Virus record (IMG/VR): IMGVR_UViG_3300006217_002156
Direction: 5' to 3' (one strand)
Length of the DNA stretch: 64,000 nt
Source of the DNA: an uncultured virus (IMG/VR IMGVR_UViG_3300006217_002156)
Taxonomy: Duplodnaviria; Heunggongvirae; Uroviricota; Caudoviricetes
The position numbers were made by a program, and so were the translations under genes. The notes under the pieces are model-generated. The model did no database searches. It had not been told where the DNA came from and saw only the letters and a list, made by a program, of their open reading frames with translations. This document shows positions 55,352 through 64,000 of the stretch, piece by piece; within the stretch, counting starts at the first letter, position 1, and every line of letters begins with the position of its first letter.

Positions 55352-57080
55352 TGCCGCCTATTGGGCCCAGCGCATGAAAAATATGGAGGATGCGCTGCTG
55401 AACCAGTCCTATGGATATGTTGAGAATATGGAGCGGCAATTTGCCGCCGCCCAAGTCGAGATCGAGCGTCAAATCGCCGCATGGTATCAGCGCTTTGCAG
55501 ACGCCAACGGCATCACCTTTGCGGACGCCAAGCGGCTGCTCACTAAAGGGGAGCTGGAGGAGTTTCACTGGAGCGTGGAGGAGTACATTGCCCACGGTCA
55601 GCAAAACGCCCTTAACGGGGCCTGGATGCGCCAGCTTGAGAATGTCAGCGCCAGGATGCAAGTCACACGGCTGGAGGCGTTAAAGCTCCAGATCCAGCAG
55701 CAGGCGGAGGTGCTGTACGCCAACCAGCTCGACTTTGTGGACGCCGCCGCCCGGGAAATGTACTTAGGAAGCTACTACCACACCGTCTTTGAGATCCAGC
55801 GGGGCCTTGGGGTAGGCTGGACTATGCAGGCTATCAATGAGGAGACCATTAAAAAAGTGCTCTCCCGTCCCTGGACTATCGACGCTCAGACCTTTCGGGA
55901 CCGATGTTGGACCAACAAGCAGGCTCTGGTCAACAGTGTCAATACTCAGCTGACGCAAATGATCATCCGGGGAGAGGCCCCGGATCGGGCCATTGCCGCC
56001 GTGGCCAAGCAGTTCAACGTGTCCAAGGGGAAAGCGGGCCGCCTCATCATGACGGAAAGTGCCTATTTTGCCGGCGCGGGGCAAAAGGACTGTTATGGTG
56101 AGCTGGGGGTGGAGCGGTTCAAGGTCGTGGCCACCTTCGACAAGGGCACCTGCGACATATGCGGGGCGATGGACGGCCAGGTTTTCAAAATGTCGGAGTA
56201 TCAGGTGGGCCTCACCGCTCCGCCGTTCCATCCCTGGTGCCGGTGCTGCACTGCCCCCTATTTTGAGGATATAGAAGGCCTGGGGGAACGTTATGCCCGT
56301 GACGCTGTGACAGGTGAGCACTTCAAGGTGCCAAACAATATGACCTATGAACAGTGGAGAGTAAAACAAAATGAGCTCCACGGTGACGGAACAGTTGAAA
56401 AAATGCGGATGATGAGCTATAATGAGAGCGCTGATAAAGCTCAATATAGCCGCTATCAGTCAGTTTTGGGCGAGTTGTCCCCGGAGAGTTTTGCCGATTT
56501 TCAGCGGCTCAAGTACAATGATCCAGATGGCTGGGCCACGGCCAAGGCTCAGTATAGAATCCTCAATAGCTACAAAGTGGATGCGGGCGAGCTGTCCCGC
56601 ACAGATATTTTGCAGTTGGATAATGTGGTCATTACAGAGAAACGATCCAATTTTGCCAGCGCTTTCAAATACAGCGGCAACATTGCTGGTGCTTATCTGG
56701 ATGGTGACAGTGCTGCCATGTATTATGCGCACAGCAAGATATCCGAAAGTCCCAAGGGCTATAAGGGCAGCGCTGAGCTTGTCTTATTGAAAGACGAGCG
56801 CAGATTTTCCTATATTGATGTTTTGACAGATACCGGTGCAATGCGGAGCGGCACATGGCACGATACAGAGGCTAAGCTGTTTGAGTATTTTGCGGATTTG
56901 TACGAAATAACCCCCTTTACGTCTATCACCATGCTCTCGGAGAGAGGCATGTGTGATAGTTGTAAGGGTGTTATGGAGCAGTTCCAAGCGCTCCACCCGG
57001 ATGTAAAAATCAATGTTGTTTCCAACAAAAAGGTGGAGAGCGATGTCTGGAAGCACAGGAGGCGGAAAAGAAAAAAATGA
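55335..57080 (+). CDS. MuF minor capsid protein with C-terminal deaminase toxin domain
   Basis: TC..C..MDG, PPFHPWCRC; then HDTEAK...SERGMCDSCK.V..QF...HP. Confidence 0.85.
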   Translation: MARQTNAAYWAQRMKNMEDALLNQSYGYVENMERQFAAAQVEIERQIAAWYQRFADANGITFADAKRLLTKGELEEFHWSVEEYIAHGQQNALNGAWMRQLENVSARMQVTRLEALKLQIQQQAEVLYANQLDFVDAAAREMYLGSYYHTVFEIQRGLGVGWTMQAINEETIKKVLSRPWTIDAQTFRDRCWTNKQALVNSVNTQLTQMIIRGEAPDRAIAAVAKQFNVSKGKAGRLIMTESAYFAGAGQKDCYGELGVERFKVVATFDKGTCDICGAMDGQVFKMSEYQVGLTAPPFHPWCRCCTAPYFEDIEGLGERYARDAVTGEHFKVPNNMTYEQWRVKQNELHGDGTVEKMRMMSYNESADKAQYSRYQSVLGELSPESFADFQRLKYNDPDGWATAKAQYRILNSYKVDAGELSRTDILQLDNVVITEKRSNFASAFKYSGNIAGAYLDGDSAAMYYAHSKISESPKGYKGSAELVLLKDERRFSYIDVLTDTGAMRSGTWHDTEAKLFEYFADLYEITPFTSITMLSERGMCDSCKGVMEQFQALHPDVKINVVSNKKVESDVWKHRRRKRKK

Positions 57081-57406
57081 CCTATCATTTCACTTACAAA
57101 GAAGAAACGGAAATTTTCCTCGGCCGGATGAACAGAGACAAGCCCAAAACTGGGGCACTTGCGGCATCCGAGTGGCTCCCGGAGTTTAATGAGAAACAAC
57201 TCAAAGAAGCAGAAAGGCTTGATGTCATCTTACCTCTCATCAAGTGGTGCGTTGAGCATGATCTGCTGACAGAGGAGCTTGAGGATGAACTTTATCTCTA
57301 CTATGAGGACTACACCAACGGAGTTCTTGAGCCTATTCTGGCAGAGTATGAGGCCGATGAGGTCATTCGAGATCTCACTGCGTGCTACAAAAAGGTTTTC
57401 ATGTAG
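57077..57406 (+). CDS. Candidate immunity protein for the MuF deaminase
   Basis: Acidic; ATGA-coupled to the toxin stop; followed by a terminator. Confidence 0.65.
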   Translation: MTYHFTYKEETEIFLGRMNRDKPKTGALAASEWLPEFNEKQLKEAERLDVILPLIKWCVEHDLLTEELEDELYLYYEDYTNGVLEPILAEYEADEVIRDLTACYKKVFM

Positions 57407-57423
57407 CATGATCCTTTGTTGTT

Positions 57424-57458
57424 AAAAGCATCGTGATGAACAATCACGATGCTTTTTT
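57424..57458. terminator. Intrinsic terminator
   Basis: aaaagcatcgtgat-gaaca-atcacgatgcttttt. Confidence 0.8.
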
Positions 57459-57556
57459 CATACCCAAATTACCGCCTCGGGCGGCGGACAACAAATAAGC
57501 CCGCGGCAATACCGGGACTGGCCGGATAAAAAGGATAGCCGAGCAGGAGGTACACA

Positions 57557-58156
57557 ATGTTGGAATGGCTGAAAACGATTCTGGGAGACGTATGGACGGA
57601 GGAGATCGATAAGAAGGTCTCCGACGAGATCGGCAAGGGCTTTGTGGCCCGGGCCGACTTCAATACGCTCAACACCGAGAAGAAGGCGCTGGCGGATACC
57701 GTCAAGGATCGCGACAAGCAGCTTGAGACCCTCAAAGACAGCACTGGGGACACAGAGGCACTCAGGCAGCAAATCGCCGTGCTGCAGGAGGACAACGCCG
57801 CGTCGGCCAAAGCTTATAAGGCGGAGATCAAGCGCCTCAAGGTGGATACCGCAGTCGACCTCGCCCTCGCTGCGGCCAAGGCGAAGAACGCCAAAGCGGT
57901 CAAGGCGCTCCTGGAGTTGGAGAACGCCGAACTTGCCGAGGACGGCACGGTCAAGGGACTCGGCGATCAGATCAAGAAGCTGGCCGAGTCTCCTGAGAGT
58001 GCGTTCCTGTTCGACGCCGGCAGGCAGCAGGGCTTTAGAGGTTTCAAGCCCGGTGAGGGCGGAGGTGCCCCCCTGAACGGGGGTAAGGATCCGAAGGATA
58101 TGAGCTACAGTGAGCTGTGCGCTTATCTCGCCGAAAACCCTGACGCAAAACTGTAA
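57557..58156 (+). CDS. Phage scaffolding protein (GP20-like)
   Basis: RD.QL..LK, A.AKN.KAVKALL, G...G..DQI..L...FLF. Confidence 0.85.
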   Translation: MLEWLKTILGDVWTEEIDKKVSDEIGKGFVARADFNTLNTEKKALADTVKDRDKQLETLKDSTGDTEALRQQIAVLQEDNAASAKAYKAEIKRLKVDTAVDLALAAAKAKNAKAVKALLELENAELAEDGTVKGLGDQIKKLAESPESAFLFDAGRQQGFRGFKPGEGGGAPLNGGKDPKDMSYSELCAYLAENPDAKL

Positions 58157-58168
58157 GGAGGCCGCACG

Positions 58169-58312
58169 ATGAAACTGATTGGCAGCAAAGAAAAGAGCTA
58201 CCAGCTGGTGAGCTCTTACGAAGAAGAGAAGCCCCAAAAGCCGGAGAAACCCGGAAACAAGCCGCCTAAGGGCGGCACCACTGGCCCTGACCAGGGCAGA
58301 AAGGAAGAGTAA
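58169..58312 (+). CDS. 47-aa hypothetical protein between scaffold and capsid
   Basis: AAGGAGG RBS; manual translation. Confidence 0.5.
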   Translation: MKLIGSKEKSYQLVSSYEEEKPQKPEKPGNKPPKGGTTGPDQGRKEE

Positions 58313-58315
58313 ATT

Positions 58316-59407
58316 ATGCCGAATTCCAAGTTTGACGCAAAGAGCTTCAACCCCCAGGCTTTCAAGTATATCATCGACCGCATTCCCAACCTGCGCATGA
58401 ATGAGCTGCGCAAATCCAAGGCCATCGTCGGCAACCCGGACATCCGTGCAGTCCTGGCACCCCAGGACGGTACCGGCTATGCCCGGCTCGCCATGCGCGG
58501 CCTGCTGGACGGCGACGCGGTGAACTATGACGGCCAGACCGACATCACCGCCACCTCCACCAAGACCTTCGAGCAGGGCGTCCCTGTGATCGGTCGGGCT
58601 AAAGCCTGGACGGAGAAGGATTTCTCTTATGATATCACCGGCGGTCAGGACTTCATGGAAAATATTGCCCAGCAGGTGGCCGAGTACTGGACCGGCGTCG
58701 ATCAGGACACCATTTTGGCGATCTTGGAGGGCGTGTTCAACATGGGTTCTATCACTGCCCCTGACGCCAAAAGCAAGGAGTTCTGTGACTTGCATACCTA
58801 TGACGTCTCCGGCGCCGACAATGGCTTCATGGCCGCTACGACGCTCAACAGCGCCATGCAGCAGGCCTGCGGCGCAAACAAGAAGAAGTTCTCCATGGTT
58901 TTCATGCACTCCGTGGTGGCGACCAACCTGGAGAATCTCAACCTCATCAAGCACCTGACCTACACCGACAAGGACGGCCTGACCCGTGACCTGGACCTAT
59001 ACACCTGGAGCGGCCGGCTGGTGGTGGTCGATGACAACCTGCCGACGATTGAGGTTGCCGAGAGCGCCGCCGGTGAGGGCGACGGCTATACCAAATATGT
59101 GACCTTTGTCCTGGGTGACGGCGCAATCAATTTTGAAGACATCGGGGCCAAGGTGCCTAACGAGATGGCCCGCGACCCTAAGACCAACGGCGGCGTGGAC
59201 ACCCTGTATACCCGTCAGCGCAAGGCCATTGTGCCTTTCGGGATCTCCTATGAGAAGGCTGCACAGGCCTCCCTTTCCCCCACTGATGCCGAGCTCAAAA
59301 ACGGCGCTAACTGGGTTCTGGTCCATTCCGGCGAGCCTGAGGCTGCGGGGCGTTCCTATATCAACCACAAGGCCATTCCAATCGCCCGTATCCTGTCCAA
59401 GGGCTAA
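58316..59407 (+). CDS. Major capsid protein
   Basis: FD.K.FN..AF, NYDG.TDI, GRAKAW.EKDF, MHS.VA.NL, P.G.S. Confidence 0.88.
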   Translation: MPNSKFDAKSFNPQAFKYIIDRIPNLRMNELRKSKAIVGNPDIRAVLAPQDGTGYARLAMRGLLDGDAVNYDGQTDITATSTKTFEQGVPVIGRAKAWTEKDFSYDITGGQDFMENIAQQVAEYWTGVDQDTILAILEGVFNMGSITAPDAKSKEFCDLHTYDVSGADNGFMAATTLNSAMQQACGANKKKFSMVFMHSVVATNLENLNLIKHLTYTDKDGLTRDLDLYTWSGRLVVVDDNLPTIEVAESAAGEGDGYTKYVTFVLGDGAINFEDIGAKVPNEMARDPKTNGGVDTLYTRQRKAIVPFGISYEKAAQASLSPTDAELKNGANWVLVHSGEPEAAGRSYINHKAIPIARILSKG

Positions 59408-59418
59408 GGAGGCAAGGT

Positions 59419-59808
59419 GTGGATGTTCTCGCGGCCGTAACCGCCCGGCTGAGCGCCCTGGGTTATTCCGTGAATGAGGCCGACAATGCGGCGCTTGATT
59501 ACAGCATCAAAAAGGCTGAGGCGGCCCTGCGGGCCGCTGCAAATCAGCCAGAGGTGCCTGAGGGGCTGTTCTATGTTTGGGCGGATATGGCCGCGGGTCT
59601 ATTTCTCGCTGATAAGAAGGCTTCCGGCGCGCTGAATGAGGTTTTCGACTTTTCCGCCCCGGCGAAAAGCATTTCTGAGGGCGATACCTCTGTCTCTTTT
59701 GCGATCACTGACGGCGGCACCTTTGAGACCCAGTTTGATGCCATGCTTGCCAAGCTGATCCACCCGGATCCGGACCTCATTCTTGCATTCAGGAGGCTGG
59801 TATGGTGA
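59419..59808 (+). CDS. Head-tail connector
   Basis: KSISEGDTSVSF, FRRL.W. Confidence 0.8.
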   Translation: MDVLAAVTARLSALGYSVNEADNAALDYSIKKAEAALRAAANQPEVPEGLFYVWADMAAGLFLADKKASGALNEVFDFSAPAKSISEGDTSVSFAITDGGTFETQFDAMLAKLIHPDPDLILAFRRLVW

Positions 59809-60164
59809 GTAGCTATCAAAACGCCCTGCGCAAGTTCTGGGTTGGCCGCTGTGACGTTTTTGTAAGAGAGACGACGGTAAACCCGGCTAACGGCAGAAAC
59901 GAGCCTATGGAGGTGAAGAAGCTGGTAGGGGAACCCTGCCGGCTCTCGTTCAGCAATACCTCAAGCACAACTGAGAAGGGGGAGGCGGCACTGATCCAGC
60001 AGGTGGTGAAGCTCTTTCTCTCCAAAGAGGCCGAGATCCCCCCTGGCTCGAAGATCGTCGTGACCCAGAATGGCGTCACACAGGTCTTCACCCATTCCGG
60101 CGAGCCAGCCATCTACAGTGGCCATCAGGAGATCGTGCTGGAGACCTTTAAGGAGTATGCCTGA
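59802..60164 (+). CDS. Head-tail adaptor
   Basis: PCRLSF, KLF.....IPPGSKI.VTQNG, HQEI.L. Confidence 0.8.
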   Translation: MVSSYQNALRKFWVGRCDVFVRETTVNPANGRNEPMEVKKLVGEPCRLSFSNTSSTTEKGEAALIQQVVKLFLSKEAEIPPGSKIVVTQNGVTQVFTHSGEPAIYSGHQEIVLETFKEYA

Positions 60165-60637
60165 TGGCGAGATGGGGACGAGTGGACTACGAGCAGTTCA
60201 GGAAGCTCCAGCAAAATATCGCCAAACTCGCTGAGACCACGGATATGGACGACTTTTGTCGTGAATGCTGCAAAGCGTTGGCTGCCAGACTGCTGGCTCT
60301 GGTGATACCGGCGACGCCGGTGGGCAGGTATCCGAAATCAGCCGGTAAGAAGGGCGGTACTCTGCGGCGGGGCTGGGGGGCGGACACAGCTGGAAAGGCC
60401 AAGGCCTATGTGGCGGGCCTTCCCATTACAAAGGCAGGTTCCGGCTATCAGATTGAGATCATCAATCCAGTTGAGTATGCCAGCTATGTGGAGTTTGGAC
60501 ACTGGACCCGGGGCGGCGCTGGCTGGGTCGAAGGCCGATATATGTTGACCGCTTCGGAAGAGAAGCTGAAAACAGTGGCTCCGAGCGTTTTGGAGAAACT
60601 GTTGCTTGAGCGCTTTAAGGAGGCCTTCCATGTCTGA
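60164..60637 (+). CDS. HK97 gp10-like protein
   Basis: TPV, GG.LRRGW, NPVEYASYVEFGH. Confidence 0.88.
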   Translation: MARWGRVDYEQFRKLQQNIAKLAETTDMDDFCRECCKALAARLLALVIPATPVGRYPKSAGKKGGTLRRGWGADTAGKAKAYVAGLPITKAGSGYQIEIINPVEYASYVEFGHWTRGGAGWVEGRYMLTASEEKLKTVAPSVLEKLLLERFKEAFHV

Positions 60638-61055
60638 GATCAATACGAGCCTTATTTTAGATGGCATTACGTTGGCTTTGCGCGGGGCTTTCCCAAAAAG
60701 TCAAATTGCATCCAAGGCGGTTAAGCAGGGGCTGTGTGCCCCTGCTTTTATTGTGCTGTTAACTTCGGCAAGTCAAGGGGCCCGGCCCTCAGAGCGGCTG
60801 CGTCAGCTTACACGCTTTGACATCATCTATTTCCCCAGGCATGGACGGGAGGAGTGCTACAAGGCGGCAGATAAGCTCTGCGAAGTTCTTGGAGTAATTA
60901 CCTTGCCGGGGGGAGATCAGCTGCGGGGCTTTGATATCAGCTTCAGCGTAATTGATGGCGAGCTCCACTTTCTTGTCTCCTACAACTATTTTGCCTACCG
61001 GGAAAAAGGGGGGACATCAATGGGGAGTTTGGAGATCCAGCAAGGAGGAATGTGA
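60630..61055 (+). CDS. Tail terminator-like protein
   Basis: QG...PAF, FDI.YFP, DG.LHF. Confidence 0.75.
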   Translation: MSEINTSLILDGITLALRGAFPKSQIASKAVKQGLCAPAFIVLLTSASQGARPSERLRQLTRFDIIYFPRHGREECYKAADKLCEVLGVITLPGGDQLRGFDISFSVIDGELHFLVSYNYFAYREKGGTSMGSLEIQQGGM

Positions 61056-61056
61056 A

Positions 61057-61242
61057 ATGGCGAAAGTTATTGCGGCGGAAAATCACGCCGCTCAAAAGTT
61101 TTCCAAAGAGCAGCTGATCCGATCCACTCGCTTTGCCGGGCGGCGCGATCTGTTGGGCGCTCTTTTGAAAGAGGATAAGCGGTACTCGGTGGAAGAGGCC
61201 GAGACGGCGATCGAACACTACATGAAAGGCAAGGTGACCTGA
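61057..61242 (+). CDS. Small tail-region protein
   Basis: FSKEQL..S.RF...RDLL.ALL...Y...E. Confidence 0.75.
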   Translation: MAKVIAAENHAAQKFSKEQLIRSTRFAGRRDLLGALLKEDKRYSVEEAETAIEHYMKGKVT

Positions 61243-61243
61243 T

Positions 61244-62584
61244 ATGGCTCTTGGCGGCGGTATCTGGGCAGGACAAAATAAGGTGCTCCCCGGAACTTAT
61301 ATCAATGTTTCCAGCGCCGCAAAGGCATCCGCGGCGCTCTCTGAGAGAGGCTATGCGGCCATGCCCCTGATGCTGGACTGGGGTCCTGATGGCACGATTT
61401 TCACCGTGACAAGCGTAGACTTCCAAAAGAACAGTCTGAAACTCTTTGGCCATGCCTATGCTGATGCGGCTATGCTTCCCCTGCGGGAGCTCTTCCGGCA
61501 TGCGCAGACCCTCTATGCCTACCGGCTGAACAGCGGCGGCGCAAAAGCCTCCAACAAATTCTGCACGGCAAAATATACCGGAAGCGCCGGGAACCGACTC
61601 TCCACAGTCATTGCGGTCAATGTGGACGATGAGGCCTTGTTTGATGTCAGCACTTATATGGACAGGACCGTTGTGGACACCCAGACGGTGGCGAAGGCCG
61701 AAGATCTTGTGCCCAACGAGTTCGTTGTCTGGAAGACTGATGCGGCCCTTGAGGAGACAGCAAAAACTCCGCTGAGCGCAGGGTCCAACGGCACGGCGAA
61801 TGCGGCGGCCTATCAGGCCTTTCTTGATAAGATTGAGAGCTACAGCTTCAATACCCTGGGCTGTCCTTCTGATGACGCGGCTACCATTGGCCTGTTCGTC
61901 AACTTTACCCAGCGGATGCGGGATGAAGTGGGCGCAAATTTCCAGACCGTTGTCTTCAATGCGCTTAATGAGGCCAAGGCCGGAGACTATGAGGGCGTGA
62001 TCGGGATCGGGAATAAGGTCGCTGACTTTGATTCTGCGATCCCCGGCATGGGCCAGTATGGCCTGGTGTACTGGGCGACAGGCATCTCCGCCGGCTGTGC
62101 GGTCAACAAGTCCAACACCAATAAGCGATATGACGGAGAGCTGAGCGTCGACGTGGACTACACCCAGGCCGACTTGGAGAAGGGGATCAAGACCGGCCGG
62201 TTTATGTTCCACAATGTGGGCGGGGAGGTTCGCATCCTGGAGGACATCAACTCCCTGGTGACAGTCTCTGACACTAAGGGTGATATTTTCAAGGCTAATC
62301 AGACCGTACGTGTCTGCGACCAGATCGCCAACGACGTGGCTGTCCTCTTCAACACCCGCTACCTGGGAACTGTGCCCAATGATGCGGCTGGCCGTGTGGC
62401 GCTGTGGAATGACATCTGCAAGATCTATCAGGCGCTTGAGTCCATCCGTGCAGTCGAGAACTTTGACCCTGATACGGTGACGATCGAGCAGGGCGAGACC
62501 AAGAAGGCCGTTGTCTGCACGACCAGGGATCTCAACATTATCAACGCTATGGCCCAGCTCTACCTGAGCGTCGTGGTCATGTGA
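61244..62584 (+). CDS. Tail sheath protein
   Basis: ALGGG....QNK.LPG.YIN, EDINS, RV.DQIAND, ND..GR. Confidence 0.92.
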   Translation: MALGGGIWAGQNKVLPGTYINVSSAAKASAALSERGYAAMPLMLDWGPDGTIFTVTSVDFQKNSLKLFGHAYADAAMLPLRELFRHAQTLYAYRLNSGGAKASNKFCTAKYTGSAGNRLSTVIAVNVDDEALFDVSTYMDRTVVDTQTVAKAEDLVPNEFVVWKTDAALEETAKTPLSAGSNGTANAAAYQAFLDKIESYSFNTLGCPSDDAATIGLFVNFTQRMRDEVGANFQTVVFNALNEAKAGDYEGVIGIGNKVADFDSAIPGMGQYGLVYWATGISAGCAVNKSNTNKRYDGELSVDVDYTQADLEKGIKTGRFMFHNVGGEVRILEDINSLVTVSDTKGDIFKANQTVRVCDQIANDVAVLFNTRYLGTVPNDAAGRVALWNDICKIYQALESIRAVENFDPDTVTIEQGETKKAVVCTTRDLNIINAMAQLYLSVVVM

Positions 62585-62597
62585 GGGAGGGAGATCA

Positions 62598-63074
62598 ATG
62601 AACCAGGCAATTATGAACGCGCTGGACGCCGTTTCCGGTTCTCAGGCGTCTGCATATATCACCATGGACGACGGAAACCGCTACTGCTTTATGCAGCTGT
62701 ACTCCTTTGAGTCCAGTATGGAGATCAACATTGCGGAGGTGCCGATCCTGGGTAAAACCGGCAAAGGCAGCAAGCCCGCAGGCTGGACGGGGACCTGGTC
62801 CGGTACGGCCCACTACAACCAGTCCATCATCCGTAAAATGCTCCTGGAGTATAAGAGGACCGGTATCATGCGCCCCTTTGATATCCAGATCACCAATGAG
62901 GATCTGACCGCCTCTGTAGGCCGTCAGACCATCATTCTGAAAAATTGCCTTACCAAGGGCGGTATTCTGGCCAAGTTTGATGCGGACTCCGAGACCCTGG
63001 ATGAGGATCTGGAAGGCACCTTCGACGACTGGGAGATGCCTGAGACCTTTACGTTGCTTAACGGCATGCAATGA
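62598..63074 (+). CDS. Tail tube protein (XkdM-like)
   Basis: VPILG.T.KG.K, FDIQ.TNED, GRQT..L, TF.D. Confidence 0.9.
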   Translation: MNQAIMNALDAVSGSQASAYITMDDGNRYCFMQLYSFESSMEINIAEVPILGKTGKGSKPAGWTGTWSGTAHYNQSIIRKMLLEYKRTGIMRPFDIQITNEDLTASVGRQTIILKNCLTKGGILAKFDADSETLDEDLEGTFDDWEMPETFTLLNGMQ

Positions 63075-63100
63075 GCCGAAATAAAAGAGGAGGAAAACTC

Positions 63101-63708
63101 ATGGCGAAAACTCTCACTGCGTTCCTTGCACAGAACGCCAAAAAGATCGACAATGTAAACTTTGCCGTGTCTGACCGTTTTGTGGACCCAGAGACCGGAA
63201 AGCCTATGCAGTGGGAAATCTGCTGCATTACCGCAGCGGAGAACTCCGGCCTCAGAAGGACGTGTATGCGCACAGTCTCCGTGCCCGGCAAGAAGGGCCA
63301 ATTTACCCAGGACTTTGACGCCAACGCCTACCTTGTAAAGGTGGCTGTACGCTGCACGGTGTTTCCAAATCTCAACGACGCAGAGCTCCAGGCGAGCTAC
63401 GGCGTTATGGGGGCCGAACAGCTTATCACCACCATGCTGACCCCCGCCGAGTTTGAAGACTACTCCACAAAGGTCCTTCAGGTCAACGGCTTCCAGACCG
63501 GAGACGAGATGGTGACCGACGCAAAAAACTAATTCTTGGAGACGACCCCGAAGCGAACTACGCCTACTACTGTCTCCACAAGCTCCGCTGGCCGCCGAAG
63601 GTTTTTCTTGACATGGATCCTTATGAGCGGGCTTTTATAATTGCGGCAATCGATATTAAGGTCGAGCAGGAGAAAAAACAAGCGGCAAAGATAAAGCGAA
63701 AAAAATAA
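63101..63708 (+). CDS. Tail assembly chaperone (63101-63532), extended by a -1 frameshift to 63708
   Basis: Ends DAKN* on A AAA AAC (63523-63529); -1 frame open to 63708. Confidence 0.8.
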
Positions 63709-63741
63709 CTTAGCGGCGGAGTGGGGTCCCGCCGCTAAGTT
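63707..63741. terminator. Hairpin between convergent genes
   Basis: aacttagcggcgg...ccgccgctaagtt. Confidence 0.65.
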
Positions 63742-64000
63742 TGCTGCCTGCTTCATTAAATTCTTTAAGTACTTGATACGTCATCCCCAGTGCGTATTCA
63801 GTCTGGCTTATGTCAATCTGAATATTTTGCTGCTGATTCCCTGTCACAATGGTAAAGGCGTCTCTGGCGACGGCTTTGACCGCCGATATTTTAGACAGGG
63901 GAAGGTCAAAGGAATTTTTTATACCGATAAAGACGAGCCTTTGATTGGTGACGATATGGTCTCCAGGGTTGTACTTGGTAACGTCACCGCGAATTGGAGT
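63710..64000 (-). CDS. 3' end of a moron gene with a PH-like domain (start outside window)
   Basis: Open frame ...GDHIVTNQRLVFIG..NSFDLPLSKISAV... Confidence 0.55.
   Translation of the reverse strand, partial: TPIRGDVTKYNPGDHIVTNQRLVFIGIKNSFDLPLSKISAVKAVARDAFTIVTGNQQQNIQIDISQTEYALGMTYQVLKEFNEAGSKLSGGTPLRR

Larger units (their letters stand above)
40708..64000 (+). mobile_element. Prophage 2 (myovirus-type, SPP1 portal), continues past the window
   Basis: att, integrase, CI, replication, packaging, head and tail in order. Confidence 0.92.

Noticed and set aside
9342..58954. Long antisense ORFs (e.g. 9342-10316, 10732-11934, 17542-18993, 36970-38268, 41580-42755, 57458-58954)
   Set aside because: Shadow frames of GC-rich genes with clear products on the opposite strand

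Overview
Two adjacent temperate prophages with contractile tails (PBSX/XkdK-XkdM-like sheath and tube) in a GC-rich Clostridia genome; an Oscillospiraceae-like host is inferred from gene content. Prophage 1 (1 to ~39.3 kb, left end outside the window) runs from early regulators and replication through terminase, DUF1073 portal, DUF2213/DUF2184 head, tail and baseplate to lysis. After a ~1.3 kb host spacer (HTH, Spo0A-C, HTH), prophage 2 starts at a tRNA-Val(CAC) 3' fragment (att, ~40.7 kb) and runs from integrase, CI and replication through terminase, SPP1 portal, MuF and capsid to the tail, continuing past the window end. The most striking feature is a ~4.2 kb island (~19406-23565) inside the prophage 1 head-tail operon. 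It has no transposase but carries an intact-RuvC TnpB, an Hfq homolog, a HIRAN protein, four omegaRNA-like scaffolds of two types, type I toxin-antitoxin units, and a small-protein/attenuator module placed where it could restore downstream transcription. Other notable items are a second phage Hfq, a portal with a candidate toxin tail plus three candidate immunity genes, a MuF-deaminase toxin, and several non-coding elements shared by both prophages. All assignments come from motif recognition by eye; no database searches were run.
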